Below are positions 17,084 through 26,971 of a stretch of DNA of 38,169 bases, piece after piece. Source of the DNA: Gemmatimonadota bacterium (GTDB taxonomy: Bacteria > Gemmatimonadota > Gemmatimonadetes > Palauibacterales > KS3-K002); NCBI GenBank assembly GCA_039586795.1, contig JBDHJS010000036.1, forward strand, positions 1 through 38,169, read 5' to 3'. Position 1 is the stretch's first letter. Every line of letters begins with the position of its first letter. Under the pieces are notes generated by a model. It did not search any database. It saw only the letters and a list, made by a program, of their open reading frames with translations, and had not been told where the DNA came from. A program made the position numbers and the translations under genes.

Positions 17084-20004
17084 AACGACTCTGGATGCCA
17101 GCAAAGTGGTGGGTAGCGGCCACGCTGATGGTCGCCGTCTTCAGCGCGCCGTTGTTCGGCCAGGCCGTTCCGAAGGCTGCGTACGAAGCCAACGGCTCGT
17201 TCCAACTACCCGGAAAGGGACAGCCCGGAGCGCCAGACAATGCGATCGCGATGGCGCTGGGTCCGAACGGGACCGTTCACATCGCGGATGACGATGGCCT
17301 GGTCTTCGTCTTCAATTCCAGCGGCGTGTACCAGCGCACGTACGGGCAAGCGGAGCTCGACAATCCCGTCGCAGTCGAGGTAACCGCGGACAACATCGCC
17401 TACGTGCTCGATTCGGGTCGCAAGCAGGTGTTCGTATACGGGCCCGGCGGACAGGCGCTTCGAGCGCTGAGCGGCGGCGGAAGTAAGGGCGGCCAGCTTT
17501 CGAATCCGGTGGACATGGAGCTGGGACCGAACGGTTACGTGTACGTTCTGGACCAGGGACGCGGCGGCGTTCAGATCTTCAGCAAGGACGGTCTGTTCGT
17601 CCGCGAGATCCAGTTCGGCGAATCGATCAAGAAACCGCTGTCGATGGCGGTGGGGCACGACGGACGGATCTACATCGCCGACGACGAGACGCCCAGCCAT
17701 ATCTATGTGCTGCAACAGTTCACGCAGCTCCCCTGGAGCGGCCCCCTGCCCCGGGGCATAGCCGGCCAGGCGGATCTACGAGGCGGCAGCCTGCAGTCGC
17801 CGGTCGCGACGATTGTGAACGAGTTGGGCACGGTCGTGGTCCTGGATCAGCGAACGGGGCGTCTGTGGCGTAAGAACGCATCGGCAACGCAGGAGATCGG
17901 ATCGAACGATATCCTGTACGGCGGATCGGGAACCGGCCGCGGCTCGTTCAAGCGCGCCGAGGACATCGTATTCGCGGGAGACGAGCACGTGCTGATCCTG
18001 GACGGCGATCAACGCAAGGTCGAGCGGATCCGCCTGTCCACTGAAGAGGGCCTTGCACGGCTTCCCGATTTCCGTTTTCCGATTCGCGTCACGCGAGGAC
18101 AGCGCTCGCTGCCGCAGCCGTTGCTGGACGTCATCTACACGGCGGAAGGGCTGCCGGTATTCCTGTTCAACGTGGAAGACCGCGCCGTGACGATGATCGG
18201 AACGCAGACCGAGCTCCACGAGACGGTGTACGGCGACAGCGTGCCCGCCTACCTGCCAGATCCTTCGGTCGTTCAGGTGCAGTTCTCGCGGGACATCGGC
18301 CGTGTGACGGCGGCGACCGCCACCGACCAGAACGTCTTCATCGCCGACTCACGGCGCAATCGGTTCGCGGTATTCGGATTGGAGGGCGGCGCCCCGCAGG
18401 GGACCTACGGCGACAACTATCAGGACAACCGCCGACTGAGAAGCCCGGAGGGCCTGGCCGTGCTGTCCGATGGTCGGATCGTCATCGCCGACAACGGCAA
18501 CGACCGAGTCAAGATCTTCAGCGCCGACCTGGCCAGTCTCGTAGGAAGCTACCAGTTCCGGAAGCCGGCAGGTGTCGCCGTGTCTCCGAGGGATCGGGTC
18601 TACACCTGGAGCGAGGACGGGACGCAGTTGGGTCGTCTGAACGTCGTCGACGAGGTCTTCGAGCCGCTGCCCGAGACGCTGGTCCCGGGTCCGGTCGCTG
18701 CCGTCACGTTCGACCAGGCGGGCAACCTGTTCATCCTCGATCGGGAAAGTCACCGCGTAACGGTGATCGACAATGACCTGAGCAAGATCTGGATACAGCT
18801 GGGCGCGGAGGCGGTGTTCGACGAGCCGGACGGGATCAATGTCGACCGCGAGGGCAACATCTACATCTCGGATTCGGGCGCCGGCCGCAGTTTCGTGTAT
18901 CGGTGGGACGTCGACTTCCCGCCGATCGCCGGGCTCGACCTGGTCTATGAGGGGGAGACGGCTGTGCTCACCTGGCAGCCCTGTCCCGCCGGTTTCATCC
19001 GCGGCTACGAGATCCAGGGCGCCGATCAGGTCGATGGCCCGTACCGTTTGCTGGCCAGCGCTGAAGCGCCGCCGTACCGAATCGATCCGCAGCAGCGGTC
19101 AGAGCAGCCGCCGCGCTACGTGCGCGTAACCCCTGTGTACATCACAGGCGTCCGCGGCAAAGCCACCCAGCCCTTGCCGCTCTCGTACTTCACGGCAGCG
19201 GCAGCCTTCCAGCGGCAGGACTATCAGACGGCGCGGAGCGAGGCGGCGGAAGGCCTGAGGCTGATGGACGAGGGTATCCTGGCCACGACCGAGGACTCGA
19301 AGGGCCGACTGCTCTACATCGCGTTCTCGAGCTCGTACGCGCTCGGCGAATTCACGCGGGCCGTGGAATACGCGGAAGAGCTGAGGACAATTCGGCAGCC
19401 GAACGAGCGCTTGATCCCGTTTCTGTTCCAGCTGGCGGAGATCTACCTCAGGTCGGGCAACCCCGAGCAGGCATCGCAGACGATTCTCACGCTCGTCGGT
19501 CAGGGGCCGCGGCCCGAGTACTATGAGGAGCCCTCGGTGGTCAGCCAGTCGTTCCTGGTCTACAAGCGATTGCGCGAGTCAGGCAATGTAGCCGATGCGA
19601 TGGAGTTCATGCGACTCTACACGCAGTCGATGCCGGCAACGGCCCAGTCCCTGAAGGACGAGTACACGGACTCGATCATCGTTTACTCGACGCGCGACAA
19701 GCTGGGCCCGGGATTCGAGTACTGGTCGAACGCGGACTACGGGGCGGTGGTCACGTTCTACGAGACCCTGCTGACTCAGGGGGGGCTGACCATCGAACAG
19801 GCCATCGTGAGCCGTCAGGTTCTCGCGGTGGCGTATTACGCGTACGGGAGGCGCGTTGAGGCGGAAGACACGTTCAGAGAGATCTTCAACCTGAGGCCGC
19901 GATTCGATCTCAATCAGGAGATACCCAGGATCCGGGCTCTGTACGGCCTGGTACTGTATAACCCGGACACGGAACGGTTCTTCGGGGCGCTAAGACCCAG
20001 ATGA
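17074..20004 (+). CDS. Secreted NHL-repeat beta-propeller protein with FN3-like and TPR-like C-terminal domains
   Basis: Signal peptide; many NHL repeats (SPEGLAV..GRIVIADNGNDRVKIF); LTWQP..IRGYEI; helical C-terminus. Confidence 0.85.
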   Translation: MQLKRLWMPAKWWVAATLMVAVFSAPLFGQAVPKAAYEANGSFQLPGKGQPGAPDNAIAMALGPNGTVHIADDDGLVFVFNSSGVYQRTYGQAELDNPVAVEVTADNIAYVLDSGRKQVFVYGPGGQALRALSGGGSKGGQLSNPVDMELGPNGYVYVLDQGRGGVQIFSKDGLFVREIQFGESIKKPLSMAVGHDGRIYIADDETPSHIYVLQQFTQLPWSGPLPRGIAGQADLRGGSLQSPVATIVNELGTVVVLDQRTGRLWRKNASATQEIGSNDILYGGSGTGRGSFKRAEDIVFAGDEHVLILDGDQRKVERIRLSTEEGLARLPDFRFPIRVTRGQRSLPQPLLDVIYTAEGLPVFLFNVEDRAVTMIGTQTELHETVYGDSVPAYLPDPSVVQVQFSRDIGRVTAATATDQNVFIADSRRNRFAVFGLEGGAPQGTYGDNYQDNRRLRSPEGLAVLSDGRIVIADNGNDRVKIFSADLASLVGSYQFRKPAGVAVSPRDRVYTWSEDGTQLGRLNVVDEVFEPLPETLVPGPVAAVTFDQAGNLFILDRESHRVTVIDNDLSKIWIQLGAEAVFDEPDGINVDREGNIYISDSGAGRSFVYRWDVDFPPIAGLDLVYEGETAVLTWQPCPAGFIRGYEIQGADQVDGPYRLLASAEAPPYRIDPQQRSEQPPRYVRVTPVYITGVRGKATQPLPLSYFTAAAAFQRQDYQTARSEAAEGLRLMDEGILATTEDSKGRLLYIAFSSSYALGEFTRAVEYAEELRTIRQPNERLIPFLFQLAEIYLRSGNPEQASQTILTLVGQGPRPEYYEEPSVVSQSFLVYKRLRESGNVADAMEFMRLYTQSMPATAQSLKDEYTDSIIVYSTRDKLGPGFEYWSNADYGAVVTFYETLLTQGGLTIEQAIVSRQVLAVAYYAYGRRVEAEDTFREIFNLRPRFDLNQEIPRIRALYGLVLYNPDTERFFGALRPR

Positions 20005-22325
20005 AGAAGGACATCTTTCTCGGTCGGCGGGTAGCCGTATACCGCATCGACAAGTTTCTTGGCGAGGGCGGGTTCGCGTTCGTCTACAAGGCTCGCGATA
20101 CGAACCTCGATATCGATGTCGCGTTGAAGGTTTTGAAGCCGGCGTTCGCCTACGATGAGGTGTTCGAGGAGAACTTCCGTCGCGAGGCGCACCGGGCCGC
20201 CAAGTTCCGGCACCCGAACGTGATCGCCATACACTACGCCGGCAAGGACGACGATATCGTCTTCTTCTCGATGGACCTGCTGCCCACCGGACTCAAGGAC
20301 GTGATGAAGCCCGGCGTGCCGATGGACACCGACGTGATTATCAAGGTGACCTGCGACGTGGCATCGGCGCTTCAGTTCGCCCATACGCACGAAGGCGGCA
20401 TCGTTCATCGGGATCTCAAACCCGACAACATCTTGTTCGATCGGCATGGCAACGCCGTGGTCACCGACTTCGGGATCGCGGAGGCCGCGACCAACTATAC
20501 CGCGGCAACGGGCACCACGGTCTACGTCGGCACGCCGAAGTACATGTCGCCGGAGCAGGCTCGTGGTCAGCGCGTAGACCACCGCTCCGACATCTACTCT
20601 CTCGGTGTCACGCTATTCGAGATGGCTACGGGCCAGCCACCGTTCACCGGCCGAGATTGGTTCGAGTTGGGCCGTAAGCACATCGAGGAATTGCCCACCC
20701 TACCGTGCGAGTTGAACCCCGACCTTGATACGGAAGTCGAGCGGGTCATACTGAAGTGCCTGCAAAAGAACCCGGCGGAGCGTTTTCAGAGCGCCGAGCA
20801 GATTCGCAATGAGCTCCTGGGGCTTTCCGGCACGAAGCAACGCACGGTCGTGGTCACGGTCGAGAAGACTCCGACGGAAGACAATGAGAAGCCGAAGACA
20901 CCTGCCACGCCGGCTCCGCATCTGCAGCTGATGGAGGACGACCAAGCAGCCCTGGCGCAGCATGGACCGGCATCGCTGTTTTCGGCCACGACGCGACCGC
21001 CGACCAGGAAACGTCGGGGCCTGTGGTTCACCCTGGGGTTCGTGGCGGCGCTCGCCGCCGGCGTGGCCGGCTACTCGATGGATATTGGCGGCAGTCGCAC
21101 ATTCGGCGAGGAGAAGCTCCCGTTCCTAGCGAACATCCCGTACGTGGGCACCGGATCCGTTTATACCACTTCTTTCCGCTTCACCCCGGTGGAGGGCGGT
21201 GCGGACGTCGTCGAGCCGCGGTTCGAGATCATGTTCAGCGCACCGATCGATCCGGCGACCGCCAGCAGCCAGAACGTGAAGCTGCTCGACCCGGGCGGCC
21301 GACCACTGGCGGCGGAAATCGAGGTGCGGGACGCCGGCAAGCGGATCGTCCTGATCGCCAGCACCCAACTGCTCTACGAGACCGAGTACGAGATCGAGAT
21401 ATCGGACGGTCTGCTGACGACCACAGGCTCGCCGATCTTCCAGAACCCGAGGAGCCAGCAGCCTGGCGCCGCCTTCTCGTTCGTAACGCGCAACCCACCG
21501 CCCGATACACAGGCACCGATGCTCACCGCCAGTACGCCAGCGCACGAGGCGAGCGGCGTGCAGCCCGGTCAAGCGCTGCAGCTCATGTTCGACGAACCGC
21601 TCGACCCGACGACGGTTAACTCGGAGACGGTCAGGCTGCGTGACGTTCAAGGCAACTTCCTGAGCATCCAGGTCTTCATGCATGAAGACCAGCAGACGGC
21701 GCGGATTCAGCCGGCCGACGCGCTGAGTCAGCAGTCGCGCTACGTGCTGTTGGTTTCAGCGGGCGTCACCGACCGGGCGGGCAACGCGATCCGGCCGGAC
21801 AGCGTAGTCTTCAGCACCGCCGCGCCATCTCCCACTCCTCCACCGACGCCGGCAGCGCCCGCGTCGTTGAGCGTCATCATCCGTCCGACCCAGGCTACGC
21901 CGTTCGTGAGCATCGTGCTCGACGGCCTCAACATCGGCAATCCTCCGAGGTTGAACTTCGAGATCCCTTCCGAGGTTTTTCACACGGTACGTCTGGTCGG
22001 GGTCCCACCGCACTCGCAGCATCAGCTGGTGATTCACGAGGAGCGCTTCCAACCGAACCCGGGTCAGCATCGGGAGATCACGCAGCAGGTCCGCCCATTC
22101 GGGTGGGTCACGGTGACCTCCGAGCCGACGGCAGATGTCTTCATCGACGGGATCTTCGTGGGCTCAACACCGGTTGCGGGCTACGCTCTGTTTTCCGGAG
22201 CTCACAACCTGGAGCTGCATCCCACCGCTGCCGACTCGGAGCGCTATAGCGTATACTCAACCGAGATCGTCGTACCCGAATTTGCCGCCAACAACCTGGG
22301 CCGCATACGACTTCCGGCAAAGTAG
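20001..22325 (+). CDS. Hanks-type Ser/Thr protein kinase with one TM helix, two bacterial Ig-like (Big_5-like) domains and a PEGA-like domain
   Basis: GEGGFAFV, VALK, HRDLKPDN, DFG, YMSPEQ; TM GLWFTLGFVAALAAGVAGY; FSAPIDPAT and FDEPLDPTTV; TSEPTADVFIDGIFVGSTP. Confidence 0.95.
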   Translation: MKKDIFLGRRVAVYRIDKFLGEGGFAFVYKARDTNLDIDVALKVLKPAFAYDEVFEENFRREAHRAAKFRHPNVIAIHYAGKDDDIVFFSMDLLPTGLKDVMKPGVPMDTDVIIKVTCDVASALQFAHTHEGGIVHRDLKPDNILFDRHGNAVVTDFGIAEAATNYTAATGTTVYVGTPKYMSPEQARGQRVDHRSDIYSLGVTLFEMATGQPPFTGRDWFELGRKHIEELPTLPCELNPDLDTEVERVILKCLQKNPAERFQSAEQIRNELLGLSGTKQRTVVVTVEKTPTEDNEKPKTPATPAPHLQLMEDDQAALAQHGPASLFSATTRPPTRKRRGLWFTLGFVAALAAGVAGYSMDIGGSRTFGEEKLPFLANIPYVGTGSVYTTSFRFTPVEGGADVVEPRFEIMFSAPIDPATASSQNVKLLDPGGRPLAAEIEVRDAGKRIVLIASTQLLYETEYEIEISDGLLTTTGSPIFQNPRSQQPGAAFSFVTRNPPPDTQAPMLTASTPAHEASGVQPGQALQLMFDEPLDPTTVNSETVRLRDVQGNFLSIQVFMHEDQQTARIQPADALSQQSRYVLLVSAGVTDRAGNAIRPDSVVFSTAAPSPTPPPTPAAPASLSVIIRPTQATPFVSIVLDGLNIGNPPRLNFEIPSEVFHTVRLVGVPPHSQHQLVIHEERFQPNPGQHREITQQVRPFGWVTVTSEPTADVFIDGIFVGSTPVAGYALFSGAHNLELHPTAADSERYSVYSTEIVVPEFAANNLGRIRLPAK

Positions 22326-22344
22326 AAGAGGCTTAACCCCGCTG

Positions 22345-23958
22345 ATGGACCTCGTACTTGTCGTTCGCGAAGGCGAACATGTTGGCCGCGTATTTACCAT
22401 CCCCGCCGGCCAGACGCACACCATCGGTCGCGCCCCGGAGTGCGATATCCGCCTGCCTGACCAGGGCGTCTCACGCCGACACTGCACCCTCGAGAATCGC
22501 GGCTCTCATATCAAGGTCGTCGACCTGGAGTCCGCCAACGGCAGCTACATCAACGAGGAGCTGGTGCAGGAAGGCACACTCAAGCCGGGAGACAACCTGG
22601 CGGTTGGCCCTGCCATCCTCGAATGCCGGTCGCGGGAAGCGCAGCGTGCCCCGGGCGAGACCACGCTGGCATTCCGTGAGGAAAGTGGCACGACGACCGT
22701 GGTGCGAAAGGTCATCGACACGCACTACCCGGGCATGGACGCGCTGCTAGAGGGACCGCAAAGCGATGACCTGGGCGAGCTACAGCGAGCGCAACGGAAC
22801 CTGGCCACAGCTTACGAGGTGTCGAAGATCCTTTCCAGCGCCCGGGACCTGGACAGCCTCTTCGAGGGCGTCATCGAATCGGTGTTTTCGACGCTGAACG
22901 CCGACCGGGCGGCCATCCTGCTCAAACGTGGAGCGGACGGCGTGGCGAGCGAAGACAGCGAACTGGAGATCGTGACGGCTCGTTCCCGTAGCACGGACGA
23001 CGACGCCGGTGAGATTGCCGTCAGCCGTACGGTGGTGCAGGACGTTATTGAACACGGCGTTTCTTCATTGAGCCGGGACGCCACAGCCGATGAGCGATAC
23101 CGGGAAGGCGCGAGCATCATCATGCAGAAGATCCGCTCGGTGATGTGCGCTCCGGTAGTGACGGATAAGGGGATGCGGAGCGCGATGGGCGTCCTTTACG
23201 CCGACAGCCGCAGCCTCACCGGGGCGTTCTCGGAGTCGGACCTAGAGCTGTTGGCGCTGATCGGGAACCAGGCGGGCGTGGCGATCCATCGCGCCCAGCT
23301 GATAGCGCAGCTGGAGCAGTTCTTCTTTGATACGATTCGCGCTATGGTGGCGACGATCGACGCGAAAGACGGTTACACGCACCGCCACTCGGAACGTGTT
23401 GCGGAGTTCGCGGTCAAGATCAGTAGCGAGCTAGGGCTGGACGACGAGATGCGAGAGGTGGTGAAGCTGGCCGGACTGCTCCACGATGTAGGCAAGATCG
23501 GCGTGCCCGAGGTGATTCTGAACAAGAAGGGGAAGTTGACGCCCGAGGAATACGACGAGATGAAGCAGCACACTGTCCACGGCGTCGACATTCTTAGCAA
23601 CATTCAAAGCCCGCGCTTCAAGAAGGTCCTTCCCGGCGTTCGACATCACCACGAGAAGTGGGACGGCTCGGGTTACCCGGATGGCCTTTCCGGCGAAGAC
23701 ATACCGTTTCTCGGCCGCGTGCTGGCCGTCGCCGACGTGCTCGACGCCCTCAGCTCCGACCGCGCCTATCGCAAGGGGCTGGGCTTCGAGCGTACCGTGC
23801 AACTTATCCAAGATGATGCAGGGAGCCATTTCGATCCGGAAGTCGCCGCCGCCGCGATGGCGCTCCACAAACGCGGCGAGCTGGAAGTGCCGGCGGAGTG
23901 GATCGAGCCGGGGGCGGAGCCTGGGGACCTCAGTGCATTGGATACTCTGGACGGCTGA
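22345..23958 (+). CDS. FHA-GAF-HD-GYP cyclic-dinucleotide phosphodiesterase
   Basis: FHA (IGR..VSRRH..SANGS); GAF (IRSVMCAP..GVLYAD..FSESDLELL); HSERV, LHDVGKIG, HHEKWDGSGYP, ADVLDAL. Confidence 0.95.
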   Translation: MDLVLVVREGEHVGRVFTIPAGQTHTIGRAPECDIRLPDQGVSRRHCTLENRGSHIKVVDLESANGSYINEELVQEGTLKPGDNLAVGPAILECRSREAQRAPGETTLAFREESGTTTVVRKVIDTHYPGMDALLEGPQSDDLGELQRAQRNLATAYEVSKILSSARDLDSLFEGVIESVFSTLNADRAAILLKRGADGVASEDSELEIVTARSRSTDDDAGEIAVSRTVVQDVIEHGVSSLSRDATADERYREGASIIMQKIRSVMCAPVVTDKGMRSAMGVLYADSRSLTGAFSESDLELLALIGNQAGVAIHRAQLIAQLEQFFFDTIRAMVATIDAKDGYTHRHSERVAEFAVKISSELGLDDEMREVVKLAGLLHDVGKIGVPEVILNKKGKLTPEEYDEMKQHTVHGVDILSNIQSPRFKKVLPGVRHHHEKWDGSGYPDGLSGEDIPFLGRVLAVADVLDALSSDRAYRKGLGFERTVQLIQDDAGSHFDPEVAAAAMALHKRGELEVPAEWIEPGAEPGDLSALDTLDG

Positions 23959-24013
23959 TGCTTCTAGGGTTCGAATCTCGTAACCCCCAAATCCCCGAAA
24001 CCCCGAATCACCA

Positions 24014-24238
24014 TCAGTCCCGCCTCGATATCCACCCCACCAACGGCAAGTGCCTCAAGAAACTCCCGAGTCTCTCCATAAGGGACTGATCGGGCCGCGC
24101 AGGTAGGAGGAGCGCGATGGCGAGTATCACGAGGCCTACCCAGAAGAGCCACGAAGCCTCTAGCGGCTGCGCGGCCAGGCAGAGGGGCGCGCCGATGAAG
24201 ATGCCGGCGAGCTTGAGCGTGAGATTGGTGTGAATCAG
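24014..24238 (-). CDS. Small two-TM membrane protein (about 74 aa), non-canonical start proposed
   Basis: Two hydrophobic segments. An in-frame CTG overlaps the upstream TGA, and AGGAG lies at 24243-24247. Confidence 0.55.
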   Translation of the reverse strand: MIHTNLTLKLAGIFIGAPLCLAAQPLEASWLFWVGLVILAIALLLPARPDQSLMERLGSFLRHLPLVGWISRRD

Positions 24239-25035
24239 CCGTCTCCTGATTTCTTGGCCTGTTTTTCGACGAAACCGCGGACGCCTTCCTTGTAGTCCTC
24301 TGTAAGGCGCGCCAGCACGTTCATCTCGGCGCCGGCACGGATCGCGGCCTCGAATGAGTGCCGTTCGGTCTGATAGATCAGCCGCTTGCAAAGCGCTATG
24401 GCGGAAGCGCTTCGTTCTCCGAGCTCTTCCACGAACAGTTGGGCACTCTCTTCGAAGTCGGCTGCTGGGAACACGTGGTGAACGATGCCGTAGCGCTCGG
24501 CCGTCTCCGCATCGATGATTCGGCCCGTTGTCACCAGATCGAACGCCCGCTTCTCGCCGACGGCGCGACGTAGCATCGCGATCACCATTGCCGGTACGAA
24601 GCCAATCTTCACTTCCGGATAGCCGAACTTCGCGTCGTCAGCGGCAAGGACGATATCGCAAGCCGTCGCCAGGCCGCAGCCACCGGCGAGCGCGTGACCC
24701 TGAACGGCCGCGACGACGGGCTTCTCGACCCTACGCATGATCATGAACAAATCCCCCAATGCGTCGGCGTCGATCAACTGCTCCTCGACACTCTCCTCCA
24801 TCATCTCCGACAACGCGGCGAGGTCCGCCCCGGCGCAGAAGTCCTTCCCTTCTCCGCGCAGCATGATGACGCGGATACGCTCATCGGAATCGGCCCAGCC
24901 GATTGCATCCGCTAACTCGTCGACCAACTCGGCGCTTAGCGCGTTTCGCTTGTCGGGTCGATTGAGGCTGACCGTTGCGACACCGCTCGTCGGGTCGATC
25001 TGTACGACTACGACATCCGAAGCTTCGTCAGACAT
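24235..25035 (-). CDS. Enoyl-CoA hydratase/isomerase (methylglutaconyl-CoA hydratase-like)
   Basis: LNRPDKRNAL, FCAGADL, ALAGGCGL, FGYPEVKIGFVPA; AAGGAG before ATG 25035. Confidence 0.92.
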   Translation of the reverse strand: MSDEASDVVVVQIDPTSGVATVSLNRPDKRNALSAELVDELADAIGWADSDERIRVIMLRGEGKDFCAGADLAALSEMMEESVEEQLIDADALGDLFMIMRRVEKPVVAAVQGHALAGGCGLATACDIVLAADDAKFGYPEVKIGFVPAMVIAMLRRAVGEKRAFDLVTTGRIIDAETAERYGIVHHVFPAADFEESAQLFVEELGERSASAIALCKRLIYQTERHSFEAAIRAGAEMNVLARLTEDYKEGVRGFVEKQAKKSGDG

Positions 25036-25049
25036 CCCCGTAGACTCCT

Positions 25050-25220
25050 TTATTCGGATCTGCGCCGATCGAGAAGTGAAGCGACGGCAAGCACGATGAA
25101 GCCCGCCGCGCCCAACAGAAAGAGACTCACCTGGTCCATGTCGAAATGCCGCAGCACCGCCCACACGCCCAGCACCACGGCAGCAATCACGATCGCGCGA
25201 ATCAGTGTTCGCACCAGCAC
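25050..25220 (-). CDS. Small two-TM membrane protein, 56 aa (absent from the ORF track)
   Basis: AGGAGG (25226-25231) precedes the GTG. Sequence: MLVRTLIRAIVIAAVVLGVWAVLRHFDMDQVSLFLLGAAGFIVLAVASLLDRRRSE. It fills the gap between its neighbours. Confidence 0.7.
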   Translation of the reverse strand: MLVRTLIRAIVIAAVVLGVWAVLRHFDMDQVSLFLLGAAGFIVLAVASLLDRRRSE

Positions 25221-25238
25221 CTCAGCCTCCTATGCCGG

Positions 25239-25601
25239 TTACTTCCCCTTCGCCCGCCGCTCTAGCAGTGGCGCCAGCTCGTCCGGGATCTCGATCTCCA
25301 TCCGCAGTAGCGCCGCGCTCAGCGTCTTCCCCTGAGCGTCCGTCCTCAGCGACAACGTCCCTCCGCCGCCGAGCGAGTTATGGAGAAGAAAGTTAAGCGC
25401 CATGAGGTTGGGTAGCTCGAAACACTCGACGGGACCCTGGCAGATCCCCTTGAAGTGACGCTTAACCCTCTCGCACGTAACTTCTTGTGATATAATGGGA
25501 TAGAACTCTGGTCTCAAAGCTATTAGACCCACGTTCGCGCTGTCCCCCTTGTCGCCGGAACGGGCGTGGGCGATCTGGTGCAGCCGGACGCGGACGCTCA
25601 T
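25239..25601 (-). CDS. AtuA-related small protein (stand-alone AtuA C-terminal-like domain)
   Basis: [14 protein letters not shown] and [15 protein letters not shown] motifs. Confidence 0.85.
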   Translation of the reverse strand: MSVRVRLHQIAHARSGDKGDSANVGLIALRPEFYPIISQEVTCERVKRHFKGICQGPVECFELPNLMALNFLLHNSLGGGGTLSLRTDAQGKTLSAALLRMEIEIPDELAPLLERRAKGK

Positions 25602-26971
25602 GCGGGTATCACCTCGACGCGGGGAGCGACACGCGTCTTGGGGATGAGCGCCGGCCAGTAGGCGACCATCTCCTGGACCCGGGGCCGTCCACCGCCGAAC
25701 CCGGTGGCGGTGGGTGGTCCGGCGAGGATGAGCGAAGCGATCTCGCGGGTGAAGCGCTCCACGGCGTGGCGATCGCTGGAATGCTTGACGCCGATTCGCA
25801 CTTCGACTTCGGGGGCTTCCGGGTCGGGCGGCCCGGCCAGCGGTCCATGACAGGCGCCGGCGCCCAGATACTCCGTATGAATCTCATCGAAACGCAGCCC
25901 GAGCCGGTCGAGACGGCCGCGGATCGTGCGGTCGGCCGCTTTGGCTTTCAGGTACGCGTCGGGCCACGAATAGACCATGCGCCCGATCGCCTTGAAACCG
26001 GCGAGGTAAGAGATGGAGACTTTCAGCATGTCGGTGGCCGGTCCGCCCTGCACACCGTGTACGCGGACCCGATCCGTGGCCTCATGCTCGAGCCGGATGG
26101 TGCGGAAGTCGGCGATACAGTCCGGTGTGATATACTCTGCCGGATCGCCCATCTCGTACAGCAGCTGCTCGGTAACGGTGGCGACGGTAACGCGACCACC
26201 TAACCCATCGTGCTTGGTGACGACGAAGTCGCCGGCGGCTCGAGATTCCACGATGGGGTAGCCGATATCGACATAGTCGATGGATTCCCAATCGACACCC
26301 GTGTTGCCGCCGGTGACCTGGGCGCCGCATTCGTTGATGTGCCCGGCGACGACTCCTGCGGCCAGCTTGTCCCAGTCATCGGCGCTCCAGCCGTGCTCGA
26401 ACATCATCGGCGCGTAGGTCAGCGCCGTATCGGTGGTGCGCCCGGCAATGATGACGTCGGCGCCTCGCTCGAGTGCTTCGACCATCGGCTCGGCGCCAAT
26501 GTAGGCGTTGGCCGATTGAATTTTGTCGCTCACCGACTCCAACGGCTCACCCGTCTCCATGTTACGGAGCTCGATGCCGTCCGCCAGCAACTCGTCTAAC
26601 CGTTCCAACAGATCGTCGCCGGTGATGACTCCGATGCGCGCCTTTCCCGATAGACCTACCTTTTGAGCTGTTTCGACGACGGCGTCGCAACAGGACAGCG
26701 GGTTGACTCCACCAGCATTGGCGATGACGCGTATGCCGTTCTCGATGCAACGGGGAAGGATGCGTCCCATGAGGGGCACGAAGTCGCGGGCGTAGCCCTG
26801 GGATGCGTCGCGGTTCCGCTGTTTCTGGAGGATGGACATCGTGACTTCCGCCAGATAGTCCATCACGAGGTAGTCGATGGGACCCGCCTCGACCTGATGG
26901 ACCGGCGCCTCGAGCCAGTCACCCCAGAAGCCTTGACCCGAGGCGATGCGAACGACTCTACCGCGATTCAC
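25598..26971 (-). CDS. AtuA/DUF1446 family protein
   Basis: [49 protein letters not shown] and EQLLYE. Confidence 0.92.
   Translation of the reverse strand: MNRGRVVRIASGQGFWGDWLEAPVHQVEAGPIDYLVMDYLAEVTMSILQKQRNRDASQGYARDFVPLMGRILPRCIENGIRVIANAGGVNPLSCCDAVVETAQKVGLSGKARIGVITGDDLLERLDELLADGIELRNMETGEPLESVSDKIQSANAYIGAEPMVEALERGADVIIAGRTTDTALTYAPMMFEHGWSADDWDKLAAGVVAGHINECGAQVTGGNTGVDWESIDYVDIGYPIVESRAAGDFVVTKHDGLGGRVTVATVTEQLLYEMGDPAEYITPDCIADFRTIRLEHEATDRVRVHGVQGGPATDMLKVSISYLAGFKAIGRMVYSWPDAYLKAKAADRTIRGRLDRLGLRFDEIHTEYLGAGACHGPLAGPPDPEAPEVEVRIGVKHSSDRHAVERFTREIASLILAGPPTATGFGGGRPRVQEMVAYWPALIPKTRVAPRVEVIPA

Noticed and set aside
23965..23990. GGGTTCGAATC resembling a tRNA T-loop or att remnant
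   Set aside because: Only 3 of 5 T-stem pairs form, and there is no acceptor stem, anticodon arm or correctly placed CCA.
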